A DNA stretch of 60,181 nt, counting the filler, from Sphacelaria rigidula (lineage: Eukaryota), in the NCBI GenBank assembly GCA_964200075.2. It is 10 parts of 10 records of this genome, joined end to end, with 100 filler letters (N's around TTAATTAATTAA, not from the genome) between each part and the next. Parts side by side here need not be neighbours in the genome. Positions count along the whole stretch, not along the records: positions 48,226 to 54,153 come from CAXNAA020023426.1; positions 54,254 to 60,181 come from CAXNAA020023427.1; 8 more parts are not named here. One strand, given 5' to 3'. Each line of letters opens with the position of its first letter. Positions within the stretch are counted from its first letter, which is position 1. This document shows positions 48,290-58,517 of the stretch, piece after piece. Under the pieces are notes generated by a model. The model was not told the origin of the DNA and did not search any database. It saw only the letters and a list, made by a program, of their open reading frames with translations. Position numbers and translations under genes: made by a program.

Positions 48290-49751
48290 TTTTATGGGAG
48301 ATTTCACCTGACTCCGCCTGTTTTGGCACTCCTCTTGGAATTCCATACTGCCGGGGGAGATATGGGTTGGTTCGTTCGACACTGCAGATTCATCCCGAGG
48401 AGGTCGAAGGACGCTTTGAAGACCACCGGGAAATGGGTTTTGTCGTCAATGTTTTGCGTTAGCTCGTGAGGGGTATGCACTGCACTGCAGTGTTGAAGCT
48501 GAGCAGTTTGTCAGGCATCCTTTTTGGGCAACAGGTATAGACATGTTTTCACGCGGGATGACGATAGAATGTGTGTTTCGTGTCGATCTTCAGCGCGAGT
48601 ACCTCGTAGTCTGTTGTAGTAAATGCCGGACGTTTGTGTCTGGCATGGGGGGGGCGACGAGAGCTCGCTCAGTAAGCCTCCGATTTGTTTTGCAATACGA
48701 TGTACTACGGGTCTCTTTGCGGTATGTTCGTGTAGAACATGTAAGGCGGTGACAAAAGATCGTCAGTGACCGATCGGGGGCGTTGGTATCTAGCGATGAG
48801 TGATCCTCGGATAGGGGGTAAGGAAGAGCCGGGGGGGGGGGGGGGGGGGGGGGGTGGTTGATTGCACGAAAAAAACAGAGTCAGGAGTCTGTTACACTAC
48901 CCCACATACTTGTGATGGGCTTCTATGAGGGAGAACACGTTGTCAAGAGATTCGAACACGTACATCATGTTGTTACCTCGACGTAGCAAGATTACTCAAC
49001 TGGATAGCTCTGCTTTCAGCGACGTTTCAAGGCGGCTACTGCGTGCGAGAAGTGACTCAACCACCCCCCTCCCCTCCCCCCTCACCCCCCCTATCGCAGG
49101 ATCACTCCGATGCAATTTCCGCCTCGATCGCCATGTCACAGGTGCTCGCTTAATTTCGTTCTCGAATAGAAAGGACGACGAGTTTTTAGTAACCCGCCAT
49201 GTTCTCGATTGTGCCCTGGCTACTCTTCGATGTAGTGGACTCTAAATACGTAAAACGAAAATGTCCAGTAGCGATACCAGAAAATGAAGCAACTCATTGT
49301 AGGCTGTCATCCATACGCAAGATAATTAGTAGGCTTCGGGCCGAACAATCTCAGCAGGAGGCAGCTCACCCTTCACGCGACTCGCTGAACACATCACGGC
49401 GCTTCGCGCTTGCTAATTGATTTGCGAGCCTGGTCCGGCGAACCCCCCCCCCCCCCGTGCTCGTCCCGGTTTTGTAGGGATGCGAGGGCGACGTTCATGT
49501 GACCACGGCATGCAAGGTCATAAGTACCCCCCCCCCCTCCCCCCCCTCCTCCCGTCCCTTCCTTGCTACCCTGACCCCTTACTGCAGCAGCTACAATCAT
49601 CTCGAAACATTCCTCACCCGCGCGAGTATTCGCATCGAAAAAGTTGAACGAACAAGTAAACAAAAAAATGGCGGAACATGAAATATCTCGTCATTCTCGC
49701 GGCCTCTCCTACCCCTCCCCGTACCCGTGCCCCTCCCCACTGGAAGCGCAG

Positions 49752-49938
49752 GTCGTGCTGCCCTTTTGCGACGAGGAGCAGTACTCCACTTGCATCATAG
49801 ATAAGGAGACGTTGGGTCTATACTACGGCTTCATCGACGCGTTCCTCGTGATTCTTCTGATCGCCGGATACTTCTGGGTGTCTTCGTTCATACTAGATGA
49901 ATTTGAGGTCATCAAACGGAACACGGTGACGGCGGGGG
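49752..49938 (+). CDS. Exon of a multi-pass membrane protein, OSCA/TMEM63(CSC1)-like
   Basis: CGCAG|GTC...GGG G|GTAAGC encodes a hydrophobic helix (LGLYYGFIDAFLVILLIAGYFWV) then IKRNTVTAG. Phase 1, joins correctly to 50981. Confidence 0.7.
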
Positions 49939-50745
49939 GTAAGCTGTTGTCTGCTTACGCCAGCATATTGTGTCATACTCTACAGTCATGTCATGGTAGG
50001 GGCTGCACGTTTGGGCCCAGATCGTTCTCGTTGAGGGGCTCCTAAAGTTAGAAGCTACGATAAGAAAAAAAATCAGAATGTTTCCCTCTGAAAATTTATT
50101 CGATACATCCCCAGCCCATTGGAATTGTAATCGTGGCGTGTGCTGTCACATGTTTGATCAATCGTTTTTTGGATGAGGTCAAAAGGCTCCTGGCAATTCA
50201 AACCCCCCGAAATATGTTTTGTGCACCCAATACCGTGGCATGACTCTCCCATGCAAATAGTATACAGTTGCTGCTTGTTGAATGGGAGCTACAATATCTA
50301 CAACACCGGATAGACATTACTTGTGGATTGCCCGGCACTTCTTTTATAGTCTCAAATAGCAGCTGCAACGGTGAATATACACACACACATATATAATTAT
50401 TCTCACATGAAATATGTTGAAGCATGTGCCCATGTATAGTAAAACTGGAATGTCCGCAGGATACCGTTCAGTAGTAATGACCGTTCATAGAAGCGATTAC
50501 TTACTCTTTCAGGGTCGTTACGGTATGGTGGGCTTTTAGCAGCACCGAAAATATGGCATACGAGCACATCCGTTGTAAGCACGTTTCTTTTTGTGTCCAT
50601 TCTCATAGTATCTTGTTGATGGCGCTACGTAATTTTGGGATCTGCTGCTGTTATACATTTAAATATATATATCTATAAATATGTCGCACTCAACTGTCGC
50701 CATAACTTTCCGCAAAAAAAGCTTCGCGATCCCCCCCCTGGGCAT

Positions 50746-50810
50746 GCTCCGTCTCGAAAGGGATGCGTGGTCAATGGTCACACGACTAAGGCAAGCAACA
50801 AATGAGTACG
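50746..50810 (+). mobile_element. Poly-C-ending repeat (copy 4), 5'-truncated, between 13-bp direct repeats
   Basis: CCCCCCTGGGCAT at 50733-50745 and 50811-50823 flanks GCTCCGTCTCGAAAGGGATGCG...AAATGAGTACG. Lies in the intron between the two OSCA-like exons. Confidence 0.75.
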
Positions 50811-50980
50811 CCCCCCTGGGCATTAACCTTCGTTTTTTTTTTTTTTCCAGCTTACTTGGGAAAATGTTTGCGGATGTCTTCCGATATGTTCTCAACACTT
50901 TCATTTGCTTTCGTGTCGCGATAAGTGATTGTGTTCCTTTGGTATCGGTGTTTCTGCTCTGACAATGATGACGATTTCAG

Positions 50981-51075
50981 ATTTTACCGTCATGGTGAAA
51001 AACCTACCTGCGGATATAACTGAGAAGGAGTTGGCGACGCATTTCAGCGAACTGCTGGGAAGGACCGTCGCAGAG
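50981..51075 (+). CDS. Next exon of the OSCA/TMEM63-like protein
   Basis: TTTCAG|AT TTT...GAG|GTACGA. Spliced product TVTAGDFTVMVKNLPADITEKELATHFSELLGRTVAE resembles the T..dYTV.v.nlP......L..hF motif that opens the OSCA/TMEM63 cytosolic domain. Confidence 0.72.
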
Positions 51076-51607
51076 GTACGATTGGCTGAAAAGTGAACGT
51101 GTACAGTAGCCCTGACCACAAGCCTCGGCTCGTTTCGAATCGAGTGATACTACGTCTGCCGTGCTGGGGTTGATAACAAGATTGCACTACAAAACATTCG
51201 AATTGAGTTTGCTGCCTGCAGCGGGTCTCAAAGTGGCTCCTGTTGCACGATGAGGCTTCAGCTTGCCCTTCTCTCCCCGCCCCATCGGAGGATCGTTCAA
51301 CCATAGTGGGCACTGCCCTACTCTGTTCTCTTCCGTTCTTTTCCGCGCTTACGACAACGATTCTCTCCGTTAACCGGTGATCCTGATTTCACGTGACCCT
51401 GACCTGATCGTGATATTATGCGACTCTCTCGTACCAATAACGAAGACAAATACGGGGACTGGTTGCCACCAATGCGATGGTAACATATACTGACAAGCAG
51501 AGTTGAAGAACGACAGAGACCTTCTGCCTTTGGCGTACGCCTTTAAGCGAAGAATAATCTCAACACGCTTCTCGTTTATTTTGATATACAAATACTTCCT
51601 CTGTCTG

Positions 51608-52004
51608 ATAAGTAAAGGTACCTAAATTTGTGCGGGCCCTTAACGATGTCCGATGTTTGTTTGTTTTTTATGAACTCTACGGTGTTTGTGGGGCTAGGAA
51701 AACGTGTTTAAAATTTGCAGCTCGTGCTTGAACCATGCCGCCGAACGGCTGCAAAAAAAGTAGTCGGCCCAAAAGTGGCCGTTTTTGCCCTCTCCGAGAG
51801 GAAAAAAAGTGTCGATTTTTTATTATTTCATGTTTTTAATCGCGTGGGACTTCCTGGCAGCAAGCCCCAGTGAAGGCGGCATGGTTCAAGCAAGAGCTTC
51901 AAATTTCAAACACATTTTTATAACCGAAAAACAACGTAGAGTTCATAAAAAAAAACGATCGGACATCGTTAAGGGCCCGTACAAATTTAGGTGCCTTTAC
52001 TTAT
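51608..52004. mobile_element. MITE (~400 bp) with ~135-bp imperfect TIRs
   Basis: ATAAGTAAAGGTACCTAAATTTGTGCGGGCCCTTAACGATGTCCGAT...GCTTGAACCATGCCGCC pairs with GGCGGCATGGTTCAAGC...ATCGGACATCGTTAAGGGCCCGTACAAATTTAGGTGCCTTTACTTAT. TA/TAA context makes exact ends ambiguous. Confidence 0.85.
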
Positions 52005-52299
52005 GGGACAGAGGAAGTATACACCAATCAAACACCACACGTGACATCCGACAACCCTGGAACATTAATTCACTTCTGACTAGGTAGCGGTTGCCAGAGA
52101 CAATCGGAGGAGCATCAAGCTGTACGCCGAGTCGGGAAAGCTGCACCACAAGCGAGCGCGAACTCGGGACCTTATCCGCTACATCAAGACAGCTGAAGAC
52201 AAGAAGGTCGCGGCGCACGAACGACGAAAACAAAGGAGAGAGGGCTTCGACCCTTGCGGATGGATGGCGAGGATGCTCACGGCATGGAAGACCAAACGG

Positions 52300-52346
<47 letters not shown>

Positions 52347-52350
<4 letters not shown>

Positions 52351-52598
52351 CTTTCTACGATAGCCCCCCCCCCCAAAAAAAGTGCCTGGTTTGGGGAGGC
52401 GAGATCTTGACGTAAAGCGAAACGGGAAAAGCCGAGCACAACGGGCAGCTGGGAATTCCCACGCTTGGGTTCGTTCTCGCCAATGCGCCCACACGAGGCG
52501 CTTCATGCAGCCTGGACCCAAACATCAGGCGCTGTATGACCATTTTTTTCGTGACACTTTTGGGCTGGTTTTGGGGGAGGGCTATCGTAGAAAGTGTC
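52347..52598. mobile_element. MITE (~250 bp) embedded in a (TA)n microsatellite
   Basis: (TA)n-GGCACTTTCTACGATAGCCC...GGGCTATCGTAGAAAGTGTC-(AT)n. The 20-bp TIR has one mismatch. Confidence 0.82.
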
Positions 52599-53798
52599 AT
52601 ATATATATATATATATATGCGGCGACACTGCCGGCAGTTCCCGCGGTGCTTGAAAGAGCACCTATATATGCATAAAAGTACACATTATCCCCTAATTTTA
52701 GCATGAACCGTCCTGACTGAAAATACTTTAAAATCTATTTGATGTATAAGTATCGCCTCTTCAGACTCGATACGACCGCGTACCCAATTTTCGTGTTTGT
52801 TGTGACGTACTAGTAGGTAGCAAGGGGTATTATGCCACCAAAAGATGCTGCGGAATCCTACTGGAGCCACTGCATTTGCCAGTGGCATACCATCTACGTT
52901 TGCCCCATTCGCGGTACCTTGCGGTATGTGCTGTTCTGTGCAGCGGCGGTGTTCTGGTAGTGCGGGTGCTTCTTGACAATCCAGGTACATTGTCGTGATG
53001 ACATATGTCAAATCTCAGTTCACGCACATTTCTGAACAAAAACCATAAGGTAATCACACACACACGTGTATATCTAGGTATATATATATATATATGTATG
53101 TATATACATACGTGTGTGCGGACGGCACACTTGTAGGGACGATCTTTTGTGTGTTTCCTGAATCTCGTTCATTTCAGGCGGACATGTTGGACTTGGGAAG
53201 GTATTTTCCTTTCTTGCCGAACATTGGTTCAGACATATCAAAGCTGCCCCGTGTTACGCACTAGTAATAGTTATTCCCACAAAAGAGCGGATACATCACG
53301 AGACCTCATGAGCCTCCCCCTTGAATGAATGGAGGGTTTCCTGCTTGAAAATGAGCAGCCCCTCCATGTCCCCTTAGTCGATTCCACGCGTCGCTTGCCA
53401 GCCCACCGGAGGTCGAAGGCGTGAATGATCATGACTCTTACGACCATAATACCGCAATATGGGGGTGAAACTACCTTCAGACTCCACGTTCGGCCGACTA
53501 ACCTCTGAACTCATTGGACAGTTTCGGGGAGAAGCACGTTTGTCACGGTTGTCTTGTCTCGCCGTATTTTTTGCTAGAGTATTCTATGTCAAAAACAGTT
53601 CGTTCGAGAGAACTCGCTTGATTACTTCTTCCTGCTCACCGTGCTTGGTGAGTTATCAGGCGTTTTCAGTGTGAACAAAAACGTGGTATATCCGAAATTG
53701 TCCGATGAAACTATAGCAATAACCTGAGAATTCCAGGGTGCTTTCTCTCCGAAATTTTCTCCATTCTCTCACGCAAAGTCACAGCGTGCCAGTCCTCT

Positions 53799-53800
<2 letters not shown>

Positions 53801-53870
<70 letters not shown>
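53801..53870. repeat. Poly-C homopolymer (~70 nt)
   Basis: Seen directly. Shorter C/G runs occur at e.g. 23942, 38980 and 48830. Confidence 0.9.
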
Positions 53871-54093
53871 ACAATCTATTTTTATTTTATTGTACTATTA
53901 ACGGTCTCACCTCCTCAAGATACGGCACGAGCCCTTACCCTCACTGAATCGACCGACGGAATTCTTCCTCCGTACCTGCCGTGCACTTTCTCTCCGAGCT
54001 TTGGATGCTGCCGACTATAGTACTCCCTTAGCGCGCAGAGTTATCATCGACTCTTCCTTGATGCAGGGCTCCGTCTGAAAACCTCTTGTTCCA

Positions 54094-54096
<3 letters not shown>

Positions 54097-54153
<57 letters not shown>
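54097..54153. repeat. (CA)n microsatellite at scaffold end
   Basis: Seen directly. Confidence 0.95.
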
Positions 54154-54253
54154 NNNNNNNNNNNNNNNNNNNNNNNNNNNNNNNNNNNNNNNNNNNNTTA
54201 ATTAATTAANNNNNNNNNNNNNNNNNNNNNNNNNNNNNNNNNNNNNNNNNNNN

Positions 54254-54320
54254 CCGGGAATCGAACCCCACAACTCAACCATCAACAGGTTGCGAGGTTA
54301 CCAGCTGAGCCACCGGGGCC
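54254..54320 (-). mobile_element. tRNA-derived SINE head, truncated by the scaffold edge
   Basis: Reverse complement GGCCCCGGTGGCTCAGCTGGTAACCTCGCAACCTGTTGATGGTTGAGTTGTGGGGTTCGATTCCCGG has A box TGGCTCAGCTGG and B box GGTTCGATTCC. The D-stem does not pair, so it is not called as a tRNA. Confidence 0.65.
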
Positions 54321-54944
54321 CAGGGTACAGTGTTCGAAAACTGTCTCACGTCATATAGGTCACGAGACATTACCAGGTACCCATACTTACGAAGCATTTC
54401 AAATACCCGGCATACTACAAGAGGATATCGTAACTCAACCGTGTAAGAGCACATGAACGTGGCGCACCGCGCAGGCACTTCCTGTAGGACATGAAAACCT
54501 AGCGGTGGTTGATCGATTCTTCTCAGTGGCTCTCAATCTAAACACCATGAAGTTGAAATTGGTCATCGCGTACAACACCAGCACGGGGACAGGCGGACGT
54601 GTAACCTGACGAGATGAAAACCTTTGAATGATTTCATTGTACTTGTTGCGCCATGTACTTCAGCATAGTGACGTTTCTCGTCATACTGGCATGTGTCGAG
54701 AAAATGTGCAGAGTTGCCCCAGCTGTCGCCGCTGCTCAGCGCCCGCATCTGTGACTCTGCATATGCTCACGGGGTGGCGGGCGTGGAGTGCACATTCTGA
54801 CAGCACGTCGAGGGTACAGTTCCCCGACACGTACACCTGACCTCCTTTATACTCTGTTCCCACCCCATTCGCTTCGCCGCGTTGGCGCTCATCCCCTCGT
54901 GTGTATCTCGTTTCCTCTGTGCCGTCCTCGTTGGCGAAAAACAG

Positions 54945-55031
54945 GACGGGATCCACATCCTCAACATCGGGAAGACGTGGGAGAAGCTCGTCCTGGCTGC
55001 CCGAATCATCGTGGCCATCGAGAACCCCCAG
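54945..55031 (+). CDS. RPSA: 40S ribosomal protein SA (uS2), first visible exon
   Basis: [39 protein letters not shown]. The N-terminal ~40 aa exon(s) were not found. Confidence 0.95.
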
Positions 55032-55496
55032 GTGAAAACACCCCTCGCAGTAATTTCACGTCCAGGTTCGATGGGGTGACTATTCGCCGATTATATTTGG
55101 TGTTGGAGTTATATGCCCTCTTGCTGTCAACATATTCTTGAGGGGAAAAGTTTGCAAGTATTTTTGGTGTCCAGAACGGTTTGCCTCATGGCTAACCGCA
55201 CTACCCGAGCTTCCCCCTTCTCCCATGTTGTCATCCGGATGTTTCGCCGTGGCGGCGAACCCGTCACCAAATGGTCGCAGCCCGTTTCACGATCGCTCCA
55301 TCCGACTAGAAGAATGGAAAGGCTGCAGAAGATCATGTTCTGTACGCCCCTTCACTATCACCCTTCAAAATGGCGACGTAATCGGTTTCTGTGTTGGCAG
55401 CTCGAATTTACCCTTTCTCCTCTCCCGTGCACGCCCAAAACCCCCGACTCCCTCTACTTCGAACTCTATTCTCGTCTTTTGCCTCGGCGTCGACAG

Positions 55497-55676
55497 GACG
55501 TGGTGGCCATCTCGGCCCGCCCCTACGGTCAGCGCGCTGTGCTGAAGTTCGCTCAGTACACTGGCTGCCTGTCCATCGCCGGCCGCTTCACCCCCGGTAC
55601 TTTCACGAACCAAATCACCAAGCAGTTCCGTGAGCCTCGCCTCCTCATCATCACCGACCCGCGCCCTGATGCCCAG
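55497..55676 (+). CDS. RPSA: 40S ribosomal protein SA (uS2), internal exon
   Basis: [70 protein letters not shown]. Confidence 0.97.
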
Positions 55677-56312
55677 GTATGAATGCTGTCACCCGCTCTT
55701 GATTATTTCACCGATAAGCATTCACATTTCCGGTTGGCTTCTGCATTTTGCGGACCCTATTTACGTATTTTCTTTGAATTTGCATGAGCGGGGTAAGAAG
55801 TATCGGACTTGAAATTATCACTCCGTTGTTGTCCCGCTTTTGCGTTGTTGCTTGCTCCGATCTGTTTTCCCTGTCCTCGTAAATGGAAGGTCCGTACATG
55901 ATGAAGCGGTGAGAGAGAATCAGGGTTTGATTTAATGAACCGGAACTTGCGACTACCACACAGAATCCACCATGACTTGCTATTCAATTTTCGAGTTGCG
56001 CACTGCGTTGCATGAGATTTGAGTGGCATCTACGCCTCTTGGCTGCTTCATGTGAGTGCTCACATATTCGACATTTCCCCACGATTCCTGAAGGAAAAAC
56101 AATCCAACATACGTCGATGTTCAAGTTTAGTGAGTGAGAGCTCTGTCGACTCATATAATTGGCGCGAGGAAATCTCCATCGTTCACATGATTGATGGCCC
56201 GCTCATTGAAGTATTAGACCCAGAGTTCCTCTCGCCCGTCGTTGTTGGAGCCACTGTTCTCCGCTTCCCTCCTTTTTTCAAACCGCTGAAATGTGGAAAC
56301 TGTAACCAACAG

Positions 56313-56492
56313 GCGGTGAAGGAGGCGTCGTACGTGAACGTGCCGGTGATTGCGTTCTGTGACAGCGACTCCCCCCTCCAAAATGTGGACGTGGCCATCC
56401 CCTCTAACAACAAGGGTAAGCTGTCCATCGGCCTCTTGTACTGGCTGCTCGCCAGGGAGGTGCTCCGCATGCGCGGCACGATCGAGCGTGCG
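56313..56492 (+). CDS. RPSA: 40S ribosomal protein SA (uS2), internal exon
   Basis: [70 protein letters not shown]. Confidence 0.97.
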
Positions 56493-57231
56493 GTGAGTAA
56501 CTGTGTCGATCGGGTTTTGCCAAAATTCTTCATCACGGTTGTACTGTAGAATTGGCGAGAGTTTCCTCCTCTCATGCAGGGTACACCTCTGGCCGCACGG
56601 TTAGCTTGCTACCGTATGACGAAGATATCTCCTCTCTTGAGACGAGTAATTACATGTTTTTTCAAGGGCTGTAGACATAAGTGAGTTGACCAATATCCTT
56701 TTCAGCCAAAAAGGGGTCTACAGCGAAACGCGGGTTCGGGCTTTGGCCGCGCTTCGCTAAACTCGATCGAAGCCCAACCCGTACGCAAAGGCAAGTCGAG
56801 CGGAATTCATCTTGTTGAAACACGTGGTGAGAGCTCCCGCTGACACTCCAGAGTCTGGGCACGTGGCACATGCTCTCACTAGAACTGTCCTTTCCTCTTT
56901 GCCTGGTGAGAGGGTAGCTTTCGAGCCCTGATGGCCCTCATCGCTTCCGTAACTTGGCCAAACCCCGCGATCGCCGACTTTGGTGTGAGATCAGCGTTGG
57001 TTTACAGCTTCGCCCGTAGCCACCTGACGGTCTTATGTCCGGTTCACACGAGCTCGAGTTGTCTTCAGTACGATCACAGCACAACTTGCCAGGTGGATAT
57101 TTTGATCTTTTCCAGTGGAGGGGAAAATATGCGAGCATGATGAGATCCCATCGTTGGCTTTCATGGCGGATTAGTTTGAAACCCCGACCACGTTGTCCCC
57201 CACTATCCTTCCCATCAAATGTCTTCCGCAG

Positions 57232-57318
57232 GTTGCGTGGGATGTGCCTGTTGATCTGTTCTTCTACCGCGAGCCGGAAGAGTTGGAAAAGGCCGAGGAG
57301 GCTCAGGCGCCCTTCCAG
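57232..57318 (+). CDS. RPSA: 40S ribosomal protein SA (uS2), internal exon ending at a GC donor
   Basis: GCAG|VAWDVPVDLFFYREPEELEKAEEAQAPFQ|GCAAGA, with the conserved W.V..DLFFYR.PEE motif. The 3' boundary is inferred. Confidence 0.9.
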
Positions 57319-58142
57319 GCAAGAATCGATTCAAGCACATGCGTCATCTCAACAAAACAATTCAGAAAGTGTACCCTTTTTCGTACGGATGATCTTCCTC
57401 TCGCCGGTACAGGCACCAGTCCACGGTCCGGACCAATCATCTCCGTTTCGAATAACGAAATCCACAATATTTCTAGCCGTGGTTGCTCGGGAAAAAGAAA
57501 AAAAAAGGTTGAGCGCTGGTCAAAAGTATCTGCACGCATTTTTTGCGCCATTGCACGTTCCTGGGCTACTCATATGGTTGCCCAACACTAAAAACAAAGC
57601 CCAAGGATTGATTTGTTCCGTACGAATCAATCACATTAAAACCACAGTGATTTGCGGGTGAATCATCAAATCGTCCGATTTTAGCACCATTTCTTGATTT
57701 TTTTCCCCTGCTACTCTGCGATTCTCACTGGTGTGTGTCTGTGTCTACTCTGCTATCCTGAATCCCTCGGGCTTTTCTCGTTTTTTTTGAGATCGGCTAC
57801 CTCTTCCCTTTGTTGACTTTTTATTCGTTTGTTCATTTGTTTGTCACTCTGTTCGGCTTTTCCTGTTGCCCTTTTTTCTCCAGCGAGTGCTTCCGCTTTG
57901 TTTTCTTCTTCGGTACGTGAATCAATCAATCAGTCAAATACGAGAATCTAAAACATTGCAGTACCAAAGTGAACTCCGTTCTCGTCTCCCAGACCAATGT
58001 GTCCGATGCGCCACTTTCAATCTCGGACAGCGAAGTAGCGTTCACCATATCGTTTCAAATGTTGTCGTTTCCCCCCTGATGGGGTCCTTTCTTTATTCAC
58101 TGAAAAACGTGCTCAATTATCCTCCTCCCACATTCCTTGCAG

Positions 58143-58517
58143 GAGCCCGCCGCCGTTGCCGCCCCCGGCTGGGGTGCCGAGCCCATGGTGGGTGCCGGAG
58201 CCCCCACCCCGATGGAGGGCTTTGCGGCTGCCGCTCCCGTGGACCCTACCGCCGTGCCCATGGAGTCCTACCAGGCCGCCGCACCCGCCGAGGACGCTTT
58301 GGGCGGTGGGTGGGACGCGGCTCCCGGGGGACAGGAGGTCGTTGTTGAGCAGCCGGGGGCAGTGCCCCAGGAACAGATGGTTGGGCAGGTCATGCCGGTT
58401 GAGGCAGGTGTACCGCCCACCGCAGGCGGTGGATGGGATGCGGCGCCGCAGGAGCCCCCCGCCCAGCAGGGGGGAGGTTGGGGGGAGGCCCCCGCTCAGT
58501 CTGGTGGAGGCTGGTAA
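58143..58517 (+). CDS. RPSA: 40S ribosomal protein SA (uS2), terminal exon with acidic Ala/Pro/Gly-rich, Trp-repeat tail
   Basis: CCTTGCAG|EPAAVAAPGWG...QSGGGW-TAA, phase 0, coding-like GC bias. Composition typical of uS2 C-terminal extensions. Confidence 0.85.
   Translation, partial: EPAAVAAPGWGAEPMVGAGAPTPMEGFAAAAPVDPTAVPMESYQAAAPAEDALGGGWDAAPGGQEVVVEQPGAVPQEQMVGQVMPVEAGVPPTAGGGWDAAPQEPPAQQGGGWGEAPAQSGGGW

Noticed and set aside
54254..54320. Functional tRNA gene
   Set aside because: D-stem and anticodon loop are non-canonical and the sequence is truncated. Better explained as a SINE head.
55899..57200. Intronic box C/D snoRNAs in RPSA (ATGATGA at ~55899 and ~57137)
   Set aside because: No CTGA D box at a suitable distance, and no terminal stem or rRNA guide that I could recognise.
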